From NCBI GenBank assembly GCA_963810935.1, contig CAWEPK010000010.1:1-64000 (forward strand): DNA of 64,000 nt. The letters run 5' to 3'. Below, one piece after another: positions 49,610-60,937 of this stretch. Within the stretch, counting starts at the first letter, position 1. Each line of letters begins with the position of its first letter. The notes under the pieces are model-generated. The model saw only the letters and a list, made by a program, of their open reading frames with translations. It did not search any database and was not told the DNA's origin. The DNA is from an uncultured delta proteobacterium. GTDB taxonomy: Bacteria > Desulfobacterota > Syntrophorhabdia > Syntrophorhabdales > WCHB1-27. The position numbers and the translations under genes are program-made.

Positions 49610-50833
49610 TTGTTAAATGGTAATTCTCCCATATTATCCCAAGAATCTAACCGGGAAGAGGAGAAGATCGTCATATCCGTGCACCGGCAATCCCTTTCGT
49701 CTAAGAAACGGCTAATCCTGAAAAAGGGGCCTGCAATCCGCTCGGGCCGGGCGGCATTCTTTATGGCTATGTTCCTCCTGGTTCCGGCTTCCGCGTGGGC
49801 GGCGCCCGAGCCGCAGGACCACCGCCATGCAGAGCAGCTCCTGGTGAAGAACATCGCGCCGGGTCAGGACGTCACAGACCATGAGTGGGGGGTTGTACGG
49901 CTCGAGCTGGGAGTGGAGAAGAAGGGTGCGCCGGAGACCGGCAAGAAGACCAGGGTGCGCCACAGCCCGCTCAGAGTCAAGGTAGACGATAATGAAGCGG
50001 CCTGCTATGTCGTCGATTCAACGACGGGATACGACGGCAAAAAAACGTATGCATACAGGACCCTCGCTATCCGGCTCGGCGCACAGCCGGGGCCCAGGGT
50101 CATCACGGTCCTTTACGACGGCCTCGTCAGAAGCGTCCACGTGACGTACAACCCGTCGGGGCAGCTCGAATTCGCCGACCTTTACGACCACCAGGCTATC
50201 TTCGGAAAAAAGCCCGTGACGATACACTGGTTCGGCTGCTACCTGCAGAAAGAGAGCGTCAAGGTCGGCCTCAACGGGCAACCCTTCCCGCCGGACATGG
50301 AAATCACCCAGGACGCGCCTGAGATTATCGCAGGTCGCATATCGGCCGGCGAGAAGCTAAAACCGGGAACGAACAGGGTGCGGATAGAGGCCCTGGACAT
50401 CAAGGGCGTCAAATGCGTGAGGGAGCTGGTCCTCCACTATTACCCGGACAACAGGATACCTTTAGGCGATGAGTTCTCCCTCAACCTAGGCCTGGAAGAA
50501 CCGAAAAACGGCCCCTTCTACGACACGGTCGTCAAGGGCAGGGCCGTCGAGAAAATGCGCAGGTCCGGGCAGCGGCCGGCACCCGAGCGCATGGGCGGCC
50601 GGATGATCGTCCCCCCTGGAAAGGCCGTCATTGCATGGTTCAGGGCTGCGTGGCCGGGCGAGAGCACGATCGCAACCACGATGAAGCAATATGCGACCGA
50701 CGAGCCCATGGAAGTCGAGAAGGCCCGCGTCGCAGTTTACCAGGCGGCGTCTCAACCCGGCGCCGGGCAGGGCGGTCTCGATAAATACCTCAAGCACCTG
50801 CCCTTCTGGCCTACTCAGCGCACAGGCAAGTGA
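49610..50833 (+). CDS. Hypothetical secreted beta-rich protein (true start probably nearer 49763)
   Basis: Long ORF; signal-like AAFFMAMFLLVPASAWA; Ig-like strands (LKPGTNRVRIEA). Confidence 0.65.
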   Translation: MLNGNSPILSQESNREEEKIVISVHRQSLSSKKRLILKKGPAIRSGRAAFFMAMFLLVPASAWAAPEPQDHRHAEQLLVKNIAPGQDVTDHEWGVVRLELGVEKKGAPETGKKTRVRHSPLRVKVDDNEAACYVVDSTTGYDGKKTYAYRTLAIRLGAQPGPRVITVLYDGLVRSVHVTYNPSGQLEFADLYDHQAIFGKKPVTIHWFGCYLQKESVKVGLNGQPFPPDMEITQDAPEIIAGRISAGEKLKPGTNRVRIEALDIKGVKCVRELVLHYYPDNRIPLGDEFSLNLGLEEPKNGPFYDTVVKGRAVEKMRRSGQRPAPERMGGRMIVPPGKAVIAWFRAAWPGESTIATTMKQYATDEPMEVEKARVAVYQAASQPGAGQGGLDKYLKHLPFWPTQRTGK

Positions 50834-50839
50834 CCGCTT

Positions 50840-52246
50840 CTATTCAATTTCGCTGTGATTGATGTGATGCTTTCTCATGAGGGCGTGGAAATTAGGGCGG
50901 AGCAGTCCCACTTGTTCGGCCGCCCTTGTCACGTTCCCGTGGCTTCTCTTGAGCGCGGCCATGATAAAGGCCCTTTCTATCTCATCGACGATTTTTTGTG
51001 TCGCCTCCCTGCGGATCTGCTTCAGCTCCTCGGCCGTTTTCGGCACCGGCGCCGGGCCCTTGCCGGCCTTCCTGCCGCCTAAGGCGAAGGCCACCTCCCG
51101 CGAGTCCGCCACCGGCTCGTCGATCATTATGACGAGCCTCTCGACCATGTTCTTCATCTCCCTGATGTTGCCGGGCCAATCGTAAACCTCCAGCAGCCGG
51201 AGGGCCTCCGGCGAAAAGCCTTCCACGTCTTTGTGCATGGTGCGGCTGTAATAATCGAGGAAGTAGCGGGCAAGCAGGGGTATGTCCTCTCTGCGCTCCC
51301 GCAACGGCGGCAGGTAGATGCGGAAGACGTCCAGCCGATAGAAAAGGTCCTCCCTGAAAAGGTTCTCGCCTATCATCTTTTCGAGGTCGCGGTTGGTCGC
51401 CGCCACGAAGCGGATATTGACTTTGCGGCTCCTGGAATCGCCCACCCTTTTGAATTCCTGCTCCTGGATCACCCGAAGCAGCTTGGCCTGAATATCGAGG
51501 TTTATATTGGAGACTTCGTCGAGGAAGAGCGTGCCGCCGTCGGCGATCTCGAGGAGCCCCTGTTTTGTCTCCGCCGCCCCCGTGAAGGCGCCTTTCACGT
51601 AGCCGAACAGCTCGCTCTCTATAACGCTCTGGGCAAGGCTGGCGCAATCGACAACGACGAAATTCTTCTCTTGTCTCCGGCTGTTGCTGTGGATCGCGCG
51701 CGCCACCAGCTCTTTGCCGGTGCCGCTTTCCCCGTTTATGAGCACGGTGGAATCGGTGGGCGCGACGCGCTTCACCAGCCCGGAGACCTCCTTCATCGCC
51801 GGACTTTCGCCGATCATGTTGTCGATCTCGAACTTGCGGCTCAGCTCTTCACGCAGGTATCTGTTCTCCGACACCAGCCGCCTGTGGTCGAACGCCCTTC
51901 CCACGGTCGTCGTAAGCTCGTCGGGGGTGAAAGGCTTGGAGACGTAATCAAAGGCGCCAAGTTTCAGGCAGGCGACTGCGGATTCGACCGTCCCATAGCC
52001 GGTTGCGATTATGACGGTCGTCTCCTGCCTCTGCTGTTTGATCTTCTTAAGGACGGAGATGCCGTCGAGCTCCGGCATCTTAAGGTCGAGGAGAACGAGG
52101 TCCGGGGGATCTTCGGCATGCCGGTCGAGCGCGTCGCGCGGACTGGTGAACGTCCTCACCTCGTAGCCCTCTTCCCGAAGCGCCTCGGCGCAGCTCCTGC
52201 ATATATTTTCCTCGTCGTCTATGACGAATATCTTCCCTTCGGCCAT
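50840..52246 (-). CDS. Sigma54-dependent response regulator (NtrC/AtoC family)
   Basis: REC domain; GESGTGKE, ESELFG, GAFTGA, LFLDE, WPGNIRE, Fis-type HTH. Confidence 0.95.
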   Translation of the reverse strand: MAEGKIFVIDDEENICRSCAEALREEGYEVRTFTSPRDALDRHAEDPPDLVLLDLKMPELDGISVLKKIKQQRQETTVIIATGYGTVESAVACLKLGAFDYVSKPFTPDELTTTVGRAFDHRRLVSENRYLREELSRKFEIDNMIGESPAMKEVSGLVKRVAPTDSTVLINGESGTGKELVARAIHSNSRRQEKNFVVVDCASLAQSVIESELFGYVKGAFTGAAETKQGLLEIADGGTLFLDEVSNINLDIQAKLLRVIQEQEFKRVGDSRSRKVNIRFVAATNRDLEKMIGENLFREDLFYRLDVFRIYLPPLRERREDIPLLARYFLDYYSRTMHKDVEGFSPEALRLLEVYDWPGNIREMKNMVERLVIMIDEPVADSREVAFALGGRKAGKGPAPVPKTAEELKQIRREATQKIVDEIERAFIMAALKRSHGNVTRAAEQVGLLRPNFHALMRKHHINHSEIE

Positions 52247-52276
52247 CTTACCTTCCGGGCGCCCCGGCGAAACAGG

Positions 52277-53398
52277 TTATCCCAGGGGCAGCCTTATGGT
52301 GAAGGTCGTCCCTTTCCCCGGCTCGCTCTCCACGTCGATGGTGCCGTTATGCTTGTCTATAATGCCGTAGGAGACGGCAAGCCCCAGGCCCGTGCCCTTA
52401 CCCGGCTCCTTCGTAGTGAAAAACGGGTCGAACACCCTGGCCAGGTTCTCTTTGGGTATCCCGTAGCCAGTGTCCGAGACCTTGATCTCGACTGTCATGC
52501 CCCGGTCCGCGAGCCGCGTGCCTATGCTCAACTGCCCGCCCGTCGACATGGCGTCGAGGGCGTTTATGATGATATTGACGAAGACCTCCAGCATCTGGTT
52601 CGGGTCGAGCTGTAAGGAAGGGACGTCTTCGAGCGCCTTAACCACCGTTATCCGGTTCTCAGCCACCTTAAGCTGGTTCTTCGTCAGCGAGAAGGCTGCT
52701 TCTATGATTTTGTTGATATCGCACTCTTCCTTCCTCGGCTCGCTCTGTCTCGCGAAGTTGAGGAGGCCCCTGACGATCTCCCTGCAACGGGTCGTTTCAT
52801 TCACGATAATCTCAAGCTTTTCTCTTTGCTCGCCTTCCGCTTTCTTCAGCATGAGGGAGCTGAAGGTGAGGACCGATGTCAGAGGGTTGTTGATCTCGTG
52901 CGCGATGCCCGCCGCGAGCCTGCCTATCGACGCCAGTTTTTCGGACCGCATCAGGCGCTGTTCGTTCAGGCGCCGCTTCTCCTCGAGCTGCCTCCTGTTC
53001 TCGAACGCCCTCCCCACCGCCATAGACAATTCATCCGGCGTAAACGGCTTCGAGACGTAGTCGAAAGCCCCGAGCTTCAGGGAGGCAACCGCCGTTTCGG
53101 CAGTTGCGTAGCCGGTAATGATGACCACCATCGTGGCGGGGTGGACCTTTTTGATGTGCCTCAGGACGTCTATCCCGTCCGCCTCGGTCATCTTGAGGTC
53201 GAGGAGAACCAGGTCGGTGGACTGGTCGTCCAGGTACCGCAGCGCGTCATTAGCCGCGGTGAACGCCTTCACCTCATAACCGTCGTCCTGGAGCACCTCG
53301 ATGCAGCTCATGCATATGTACTCCTCGTCGTCGACGACGACGACCTTACCTCGCGAAAACTGCCCGGCACGATTAACGGACTGAAACTCTGGGCACAT
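52277..53398 (-). CDS. Hybrid REC-histidine kinase
   Basis: N-terminal REC (VDDE, DLKM, KPF) fused to [25 protein letters not shown]. Confidence 0.92.
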   Translation of the reverse strand: MCPEFQSVNRAGQFSRGKVVVVDDEEYICMSCIEVLQDDGYEVKAFTAANDALRYLDDQSTDLVLLDLKMTEADGIDVLRHIKKVHPATMVVIITGYATAETAVASLKLGAFDYVSKPFTPDELSMAVGRAFENRRQLEEKRRLNEQRLMRSEKLASIGRLAAGIAHEINNPLTSVLTFSSLMLKKAEGEQREKLEIIVNETTRCREIVRGLLNFARQSEPRKEECDINKIIEAAFSLTKNQLKVAENRITVVKALEDVPSLQLDPNQMLEVFVNIIINALDAMSTGGQLSIGTRLADRGMTVEIKVSDTGYGIPKENLARVFDPFFTTKEPGKGTGLGLAVSYGIIDKHNGTIDVESEPGKGTTFTIRLPLG

Positions 53399-53422
53399 AT
53401 TTAACAGCTCCTTGACAAGAAT

Positions 53423-55348
53423 CTAATCAAACTCGCTCCCGGCTTTCCTTTCGGGGTGGCCGGTCATTGGAAGCCTTATGAGAAAGGTCGTGCCTTTCCC
53501 GACTTCGCTTTCCACGTCGATAGTGCCGTTATGCCTCTCAACGATCCCGTAGACGACGGCCAGCCCCAGGCCCGTGCCTTTTCCGGGCTCCTTAGTGGTG
53601 AAGAAAGGCTCGAACACCTTCTCAAGATCGTCTTTGGCGATCCCCTGTCCGGTATCGGCCACCCTGATCTCGACCCATTTCCCGTCCTGCGAAACTCCGG
53701 TGGAGATGTTCAGCTCGCCGCCCTCGGTCAGCGCATCGAGGGCGTTGATTATAAGGTTGACGAATACCTCCGTCATCTGGCTCGGGTCGAGGTACAGGGC
53801 CGGTATCTCCCCGAGGTCCTTCTTCACGGCGATCGGCTTTTCCTTGACCCTCAATTGATTTCCCATAAGGGCAAGGGCGCTCTCGACGACCGGGTTGAGG
53901 TCGCAGCTCGTCTTGCTCAACTGGCCCTGTCTCGCGAAGCAGAGCAGCCCTTTTACAATCTCCCGGCAGCGGGTTGCCTCCTTAACTATTATGTCCAGCT
54001 TTTCCTTCTGGCTTTCATGGCCTTTTCTCAAAAGCAGGCTGCTGAATGTAAGCACCGAGGTCAGCGGGTTGTTGATCTCGTGCGCTATGCCCGCCGCGAG
54101 CCTGCCGATGGAAGCCAGCTTTTCCGAGCGCATCATGCGCTGCTCGTTGAGCCTGGCGATCTCGCGGTCCCTCGATTCGAGCGAGGACGCCATAAGGTTG
54201 AACATGATCTCAAGCTCGCCCACCTCCGCCGTCGAGTGTGTGCTTACGCGCGCGGAAAAATCGCCTTTCGCGATCTTGTGCGAAGCGTGCACGAGGGCAT
54301 TGATGGGCTTGACGATCGAGCCGGAAAAGAAAGTGGCCATGACAATGGCGAGGGCCACGCCGAATAAGCTGATGCCGAGGAATATTGCGATTGTCTTCGT
54401 CCGCATGTCCGCGAACTTCTGCTCCAGCGTAGCCACGGCTATCATGCCTATGATCTGTCCGCCCATGTTGCTTAAAGCCTCATAGGCAGCCACGTACCCC
54501 TGGTGGATGACGGGGGCCTCGCCGACCCACCGGCTTCCCTGGCCGAGCACCGTGCGGGAGACTTCACCGGACAGGCTGGAGCCGAAACCCCTAGTCCCGT
54601 CATCGTTAGTAAACGTTGTCGATATCCGGACGTTACCCAGGAACAGGGTCGCGCCCCCCACCTGTTTTCCGCCGTACTTCTCGTTCTGGAAAAGGACGTC
54701 CCTGATCCTGTCCACAAGCTCGTCGTTCCGGTTCAAAAGTTCGGCGCCGCAGAGCACGCCCAGGACGCGCCCTTCTGGGGATATGATAGGCGACGCAGCC
54801 ACGAGGACCATGGCTGCCGGCTCGGAAGGGGACGATGTTACCGAGCATCGGGACTCGGCATCCCGCCCTTCCCTGGCAACGGCTTCGCGCGACCATGCCT
54901 CAAGCGACGAAACAGCCTTGCCCGAGGTGAGGGCCCGGCCGACGACGGCGTCGCCGGCGAGATTATCTCCCGATTGGCCGGGGTTCCCGGCCCTGAGCAT
55001 CACGTTCCCTTTCGCATCGGTGACATTCAGTATGTCCAGCCCGCCCTCTTTCCGGACCTCTTCGAGATACCGCTGCAAACCGGCGCGGTCCCCTTTCGAT
55101 AAGGCGGCATGAAGCTTATTCTGGCTGGACGAGAATTGAACCGTGTTCAGGATGTTTTCGAGGCGATGGTACAGGACGTACCTTGCCGAGTTCAGCGCGT
55201 TCCTTACGTTGCTCTCCGCCTGCCCCATGGTCCATTTGTTGATAAGCAGCGTACCCACGAAGCAGGAAATGAGGGTGGTGATGGCGATAACCGCAATGAA
55301 CTTAATGACTAATTCCGACTTCAGACCACGCTGCCAAAATTGTAGCAT
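53423..55348 (-). CDS. Membrane sensor histidine kinase (Cache + HAMP)
   Basis: Two TM helices, periplasmic domain, [13 protein letters not shown]-boxes. Confidence 0.93.
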   Translation of the reverse strand: MLQFWQRGLKSELVIKFIAVIAITTLISCFVGTLLINKWTMGQAESNVRNALNSARYVLYHRLENILNTVQFSSSQNKLHAALSKGDRAGLQRYLEEVRKEGGLDILNVTDAKGNVMLRAGNPGQSGDNLAGDAVVGRALTSGKAVSSLEAWSREAVAREGRDAESRCSVTSSPSEPAAMVLVAASPIISPEGRVLGVLCGAELLNRNDELVDRIRDVLFQNEKYGGKQVGGATLFLGNVRISTTFTNDDGTRGFGSSLSGEVSRTVLGQGSRWVGEAPVIHQGYVAAYEALSNMGGQIIGMIAVATLEQKFADMRTKTIAIFLGISLFGVALAIVMATFFSGSIVKPINALVHASHKIAKGDFSARVSTHSTAEVGELEIMFNLMASSLESRDREIARLNEQRMMRSEKLASIGRLAAGIAHEINNPLTSVLTFSSLLLRKGHESQKEKLDIIVKEATRCREIVKGLLCFARQGQLSKTSCDLNPVVESALALMGNQLRVKEKPIAVKKDLGEIPALYLDPSQMTEVFVNLIINALDALTEGGELNISTGVSQDGKWVEIRVADTGQGIAKDDLEKVFEPFFTTKEPGKGTGLGLAVVYGIVERHNGTIDVESEVGKGTTFLIRLPMTGHPERKAGSEFD

Positions 55349-55582
55349 GCAATTATACCTTCATAAAAAACGCCGGGGTGGACTAAGCCGGCCCAACGGG
55401 CCTGCCACCCCACCCCCCGCAATATATTAGCACAAAACGAGCCACAATAGGCATGGGCGGTTTGCTTCCTGCCGTCACTTTATGCTTGAACAGGAAAGGG
55501 CTCCTGGCATAAGCTTCTTCTTTCGGCATTGCCCGTTACCACGTGGGGCCTTCCGCCGATTATTCCTATAAGCGAGACTAAA

Positions 55583-56785
55583 ATGGCGATCGAGAAGAAG
55601 CAGCGCGGCTTTGTTATGCTTATCCTCGGCGGGTTGGCAGCCGTGGGGCCGCTGACTACCGATATGTACCTGCCGGGCTTTCCTTCGATAGCCAAAAGCC
55701 TGCATACCGACATCGCCCATGTGGGCTTTACCCTTACAAGTTATTTTTTCGGCTTCGCCATAGGCCAGCTCTGCGTCGGCCCTGTCCTCGACCGGTACGG
55801 CCGGAAGAAACCGATGAAGCTCAGCATGATCCTCTATATAGTCGCCGCCCTCGGATGTGCCCTCGCCGCCTCCATCGAACAACTGGTGACCTTGAGGCTG
55901 CTGCTCGCTATAGGCGGGTGCGGGGGGATAGTGGGCAGCAGGGCCGTCGTCCGTGACCTCTTTTCGGGAAACGAGATGGCCCGCGCCCTTTCCCTGCTCA
56001 TGATGATCTTCGGCGTCGCCCCGATCGTCGGCCCGACTATAGGCGGCATAGTAGTCACGCTGTTCGGCTGGAGGTTCATCTTCGTTGCCCTCGCCATTTT
56101 TGCCGTCATGGTGCTCGCCGCCGCGCAGTACCTGCTGCGTGAGACAAAGGAGGAAGACCTTTCGATCTCGTTACGCCCGGCAAGCGTGGTACGGGAGTAC
56201 ATCTCGGTACTGAAAAACAGGGAGTTCGCCATCCATGCGGGCGCCGCCGCGGGTGTCACGGGCTGCCTTTTCGCCTACATCGCTGGCTCTCCGTTTGTCC
56301 TGATCGACCTTTTCGGCTTTTCGGCAACGCAGTTCGGCTGGATTTACGGGGTCAACGCATGTTCTCTCGTGGCGGCCAACCAGGTCAACAGGATGCTCCT
56401 GCGAAGGCATGACAGCAGGTCGGTGCTCCTCGCGTGCGCCGTGTTCCAGACTTCGACCGCCCTTGCCCTGACTGCCGGAACGTACATGAAGGTCCTGCCC
56501 GTAATCGCGTCGCTGGTACTCATATTATGCGTGCTCTTCTGCTTCGGTCTCGCGTTGCCCAACGCGACGGCCCTTGCGCTTGCGCCTTTCTCCCGGAACG
56601 CAGGCAGCGCGTCCGCGCTGCTCGGCAGCGCTCAGATGATCGCAGGCGTTGTCTGCACGGCCATGGTGAGCTTCCTGTTCGACGGGACGCCGTTCCCCAT
56701 GTCGCTGATGATCTCCGTCTCCGCTGTCTATGCCCTGGTGCTGGCCGTCTCTTCTGTGCTCCGCTTTCGCCGGTTGCGTCCGTAA
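55583..56785 (+). CDS. Bcr/CflA family MFS efflux transporter
   Basis: TDMYLPGFP, DRYGRK, RAVVRD, APIVGP, AGSASALLG. Confidence 0.92.
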   Translation: MAIEKKQRGFVMLILGGLAAVGPLTTDMYLPGFPSIAKSLHTDIAHVGFTLTSYFFGFAIGQLCVGPVLDRYGRKKPMKLSMILYIVAALGCALAASIEQLVTLRLLLAIGGCGGIVGSRAVVRDLFSGNEMARALSLLMMIFGVAPIVGPTIGGIVVTLFGWRFIFVALAIFAVMVLAAAQYLLRETKEEDLSISLRPASVVREYISVLKNREFAIHAGAAAGVTGCLFAYIAGSPFVLIDLFGFSATQFGWIYGVNACSLVAANQVNRMLLRRHDSRSVLLACAVFQTSTALALTAGTYMKVLPVIASLVLILCVLFCFGLALPNATALALAPFSRNAGSASALLGSAQMIAGVVCTAMVSFLFDGTPFPMSLMISVSAVYALVLAVSSVLRFRRLRP

Positions 56786-57063
56786 GGGATGCTTACGGTG
56801 CGGTAGACGGCCAAGGCGGAAAAGTCTTCCGCGCCCGGTGTTAACCTGGTTTTTCCCGTTAAAAGCACCCCTGTCCTACGATACGGCTTGCTGACGCCGT
56901 TTCTTCAGCCGCACCGTGCTTTCGCCTTGAACTGTCCATAAGATTTATTTTAGAATCGAAGATCGAAAGGGTCCGGGCGTTGCTCTCGTAAGCAACTCCG
57001 CTGTCTTTGAGTGGAAAGTGTAGTCCGTTGGCTCGCAGCAAAAGGCAAGAGGAGGATCCGGAA

Positions 57064-57165
57064 ATGGATGAGAACCTTTTCACAGGTGTATGGATCGGCT
57101 GCATCGCCTTTATCGTAAGCTGTCTTGTCAATTATTTGTTTGTCCGCCTGAACCAGAGCGGGTAG
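57064..57165 (+). CDS. 33-aa single-TM small protein
   Basis: GAGGAGG RBS; MDENLFTGVWIGCIAFIVSCLVNYLFVRLNQSG. Confidence 0.5.
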   Translation: MDENLFTGVWIGCIAFIVSCLVNYLFVRLNQSG

Positions 57166-57178
57166 GCCCGGAAAGGAC

Positions 57179-57961
57179 CTATTCGTCCACTATCGGGTTC
57201 GAAAGGGTGCCTATGCCCCAGATGGAGCATTCGACCATCTGTCCGGCTTTAAGGAACACCGGGGGCTTTCTTGTATAGCCCACGCCCTGCGGTGTGCCGG
57301 TGAGTATGATCGTGCCCGGTAAGAGCGTCATGCACTCGGACAGGTAGGAGACGATCCGGCGGCATGGGAAGATCATATCCGACGTGTTCGACGCCTGCAT
57401 GGCCACCCCGTCGATCCGGCAGGTGATGTCGAGGTTATCGCCGTCCACGTCCGTCTCTATCGCCGGCCCGATAGGGCAGAAGGCGTCATAGCTCTTGCCT
57501 CTCGCCCATTGGCCGTCCTTGAACTGGGCCGCCCGGTTCGATACGTCGTTTCCGACGGTATATCCCAGGACCACGCCCGGCACGCCGTCTTCACTTATGT
57601 TTTTGGCGCGCTTCCCTATAACGATAACCAGCTCGGCCTCGTAGTCTATGCTGTCACGGTAAGCGCGGGGAAGCACGATTGGGTCGCCCGGACCGCACAG
57701 GGCCGTCGTCGTTTTAAGGAATATCAGGGGCGCAGGAGGGTATGCCATCCTGGCCTCGTCGGCGTGCTTCTTGTAATTGAGGCCCAGGCAGATGATATTG
57801 GGCGGGGAGACCGGGGCAAGGAGCCTGACCGCGTCGGGCTTCACCGTATCGGCCGTCTTGTTGAGACCGGCGAACGGGTCTCCCTTGCACCTGTATATAA
57901 GGCCCTCTTCGACGATGCCGTATTCCTGCCGTCCTTCATAAAGAAATCGAATGATCTTCAT
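57179..57961 (-). CDS. Fumarylacetoacetate hydrolase family protein
   Basis: CLGLNY, DYEAEL, NDVS, GKSYD, TGTP.GVG. Confidence 0.93.
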   Translation of the reverse strand: MKIIRFLYEGRQEYGIVEEGLIYRCKGDPFAGLNKTADTVKPDAVRLLAPVSPPNIICLGLNYKKHADEARMAYPPAPLIFLKTTTALCGPGDPIVLPRAYRDSIDYEAELVIVIGKRAKNISEDGVPGVVLGYTVGNDVSNRAAQFKDGQWARGKSYDAFCPIGPAIETDVDGDNLDITCRIDGVAMQASNTSDMIFPCRRIVSYLSECMTLLPGTIILTGTPQGVGYTRKPPVFLKAGQMVECSIWGIGTLSNPIVDE

Positions 57962-58002
57962 ATCCCGTCCTCCGCGTGCGATTATTAGAATAGAGTGGCG
58001 CC

Positions 58003-58890
58003 TTACGTGTCGCGGCCGAAGCGCCTGTGCGCCAGGAACCACTCGTCGGGTCTATCCCTGACGATCTCTTCCAGGAACGCGTTGACCCTCCTCGCGTTCC
58101 GCACGATAAGCTCGTCGAGGGGCGCGCCGTGCCGCTCTATGAGAAGCGGCTCGTTGTAAACAATAGTGTACCGGAGGAAACCTTCCCTCCTGGCGTAGAC
58201 CGGCACGACCGGCACGCCCGTCTTCATGGCAACCGCCACAACGCCCTTCGATGTGGGCACCCTTTGCCCGAAAAGGTCTACCCAGACGGCCCTCGACCGC
58301 TTCTCCCTCTGGTCTCCCAGAAAGGCCACGATGCGGTCTTCGGCCAGGAGCCGGGCTACGTCGCGTGCCGTATCCCTGTTCGGAATGATCGTAAGCCCCG
58401 TCGAGCCCCGCAGGCCGTTAATAAAATCGTTCAGCCTGGCATGCCCCTTCAGGGGGCGCGCCAGCGCGACGATCTCACGGCCGAGCAAAATCGAGCTCAG
58501 ACCCGTTATCTCCCAGTTCGAATAGTGGAACCCCAGGGCGAGGACGCCCCGGCCGCCGTTAAGGGCTTCATCGACCCGCCCCCTCTTCTCCAGCTTGAAC
58601 CTGGCGCCATATTCCTTTCTCGGGACAAACTGGAAGAGCAGGCTTTCTATGAAATTGACGCCCAGCTTCCGAAAGCAACTCTGCGCGACAGCCCTGGCAT
58701 CGCCCGGGGCACGGTCCGCCATTATCCTGCGGGCGTTCGCTACGGCCACGTGCCGCCTTTTGCCGAGGCAAAGAAAAGCTATGCTTCCCATTCCTGCACC
58801 TACGGAGGTGCACGCTTTTTCGGGAAGGACGCGCAACGATTGCCGGAAGGCCTTTAGAAACCAGATGAGGAGAAAATCGATCATAAACAA
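58003..58890 (-). CDS. Lipid A biosynthesis acyltransferase (LpxL/HtrB family)
   Basis: HYSNWE, LGDQ, P.EWFLAHRRF. Confidence 0.88.
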   Translation of the reverse strand: MFMIDFLLIWFLKAFRQSLRVLPEKACTSVGAGMGSIAFLCLGKRRHVAVANARRIMADRAPGDARAVAQSCFRKLGVNFIESLLFQFVPRKEYGARFKLEKRGRVDEALNGGRGVLALGFHYSNWEITGLSSILLGREIVALARPLKGHARLNDFINGLRGSTGLTIIPNRDTARDVARLLAEDRIVAFLGDQREKRSRAVWVDLFGQRVPTSKGVVAVAMKTGVPVVPVYARREGFLRYTIVYNEPLLIERHGAPLDELIVRNARRVNAFLEEIVRDRPDEWFLAHRRFGRDT

Positions 58891-59010
58891 GGTCGGGTTG
58901 CCCTAAAGCGCCGCGTGCGCTGCTTGATCGCGCACTACCGGCCGCCTTTCTTTCTTGGTGCCCGAAAAGCGGTTTCTTAGTCTTATGCGCGGTCGGCGCG
59001 CCCGTCCATC

Positions 59011-59184
59011 CTACTCCTTGGCGGGGATTGCTTCGTCGATGAGCATGATGGGTATGTCATCCTTTATGGGGTAAAGGAGCTTGCAGTTGCGGCAAACCAG
59101 ACCGTCCCCCGCGCTGTTTAACGTGATGTCGCCTTTGCATTTTGGGCAGCAGAGAATGTCAAGCAACTCCTTCTTCAACGGCAT
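59011..59184 (-). CDS. Trm112/YcaR family protein (57 aa, below the ORF-track cutoff)
   Basis: MPLKKELLDILCCPKCKG...LVCRNCKLLYPIKDDIPIMLIDEA. Confidence 0.92.
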   Translation of the reverse strand: MPLKKELLDILCCPKCKGDITLNSAGDGLVCRNCKLLYPIKDDIPIMLIDEAIPAKE

Positions 59185-60927
59185 TTAAGCCTCCTGGTCG
59201 GTCTCCCGTTTCGTTAATTCGCTTTCCCTGTTGGCATTCTTCATGGCCGGCTCAAGCAGGTCCCCGAGGGTGGAAAAGGCCCGCGTCTCTTCCCGCGGGA
59301 AGCTTGCGACATCTTTCTTCTCCTCGGCCCTCCTCTGCATCTTTGTAGAGAGCCCTATCCTCTTGTCCCTCTCATCGACATTGATGACTGTGGCCTTGAC
59401 CATGTCGTCGATAGCAAAAAGCTCGGAAGGGTGCTTCCCCTTGCCGCTCTCTATCTCGGACAGATGTATCAGCCCTTCGATGCCTTCTTCTATCTCCACA
59501 AAAACGCCGAAGTCGGTAATGCTCGTGACGTAGCCCTCGACGATGTCACCCACGTGGTAGCGCTCCAGAAGCCCCTTCCACGGGTCTTCCTTGAGCCTCT
59601 TGATGGAGAGCGAGAATTTCTTCTGCTCGCCGTCGATGTTAAGCACGAGGGCCTCGACAAGGGCTCCTTTCTTGTAGCTTTCGGCGATGACGTTCTTCCT
59701 GCGCGACCACGATATCTCCGATATGTGGACCAGCCCGTCGATGCCGTCTTCCATGCCGACAAAAAGCCCGAAGTCGGTAAAGTTCTTTATCTTGCCCTTC
59801 ACTATGGAGCCGGGCGGGTATTTCTGCGCAAGCTCTTTCCAGGGGTCGGCCTTGAGCTGTTTGAGCCCAAGGGAGACCCTTTTTTTCTCCTTATCGACGT
59901 CGAGGATCTGGAGATCGAGCATGTCGCCTTTGGTCACGAGCTTCGACGGGTTCCGCATCTTCTTGTCCCAGCTCATCTCGCTGACGTGGAGGAGCCCTTC
60001 CAGCCCGGGCTCCAGCTCGACGAAGACGCCGTACTCCACTACGCCCACCGCCTTCCCCTTCACGCGGGAGCCGACGGGGTATTTCTCGTCGATGTTGAGC
60101 CACGGGTCTCCCTTTAGGTCCTTGATGCTGACCGAGACCTTGTGCTTCTCAAAATCGATCGTCATTATCTTGACCTTGACCTCGTCGCCGATCTTCAGTT
60201 GTTCCTTGGGGTGGGTGATCCTGCCCCACGTTATGTCGTTCACGTATAGGAAGCCGTCCACACCGCCCAGGTCGATGAACGCGCCGTAATCGGTGATGCT
60301 CTTCACGAAGCCGTAAACTACCTGGCCGTCTTTGACGTTATTCCAGAATTCCTTGCGCTTGCGCTCCTTTTCCTCCTCGATAAGCATGCGCCTCGAGACG
60401 ATGACGTTCGCCTTCTTCTGGTTGACCTTGATTACCTTGTACTTAAGGTTGCGGCCGATAAAAGATGCGGGGTTCTTGACCGGCTTGATGTCGACCTGCG
60501 ATATGGGCAGGAAGGCAGTCACGCCTATATCGACCATGAACCCGCCCTTAACCTCCGATACTATCGTTCCCTCGACGGCCGTCCCCTCCTGGAGCGATTT
60601 ATCGATTGTCTGCCACAACTTGACCCCGTCAACACGCTGCTTCGAGAGCGTGAGAAGTCCGTCCCTCACCTCCCTGCCCGCTATCATCACTTCCACTTCG
60701 TCGCCTACGCTGACCGTTACTCCGCCCGACTTATCGAGGAACTCGCTTAACGAAACCCTGCCTTCGGATTTCAGCCCGACGTCAACGATTACCGAGTCCC
60801 CGTTTATATCTATAACTATCCCCGTTATTATGTTCCCTTCCTGGAGGTTTCGCATGGAGGTTTCATAGAGCTCCTCCATCTCCTCCTCGGTGTCTTTTTG
60901 TGCGATGGTATCGACCGTCTCTACCAT
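59185..60927 (-). CDS. rpsA: 30S ribosomal protein S1
   Basis: Six S1 repeats (DYGAFIDLGG, GVFVELEPGLEGLLHVSE, DFGVFVEIEEGIEGLIH). Confidence 0.97.
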   Translation of the reverse strand: MVETVDTIAQKDTEEEMEELYETSMRNLQEGNIITGIVIDINGDSVIVDVGLKSEGRVSLSEFLDKSGGVTVSVGDEVEVMIAGREVRDGLLTLSKQRVDGVKLWQTIDKSLQEGTAVEGTIVSEVKGGFMVDIGVTAFLPISQVDIKPVKNPASFIGRNLKYKVIKVNQKKANVIVSRRMLIEEEKERKRKEFWNNVKDGQVVYGFVKSITDYGAFIDLGGVDGFLYVNDITWGRITHPKEQLKIGDEVKVKIMTIDFEKHKVSVSIKDLKGDPWLNIDEKYPVGSRVKGKAVGVVEYGVFVELEPGLEGLLHVSEMSWDKKMRNPSKLVTKGDMLDLQILDVDKEKKRVSLGLKQLKADPWKELAQKYPPGSIVKGKIKNFTDFGLFVGMEDGIDGLVHISEISWSRRKNVIAESYKKGALVEALVLNIDGEQKKFSLSIKRLKEDPWKGLLERYHVGDIVEGYVTSITDFGVFVEIEEGIEGLIHLSEIESGKGKHPSELFAIDDMVKATVINVDERDKRIGLSTKMQRRAEEKKDVASFPREETRAFSTLGDLLEPAMKNANRESELTKRETDQEA

Positions 60928-60937
60928 GCGTTTCCCC

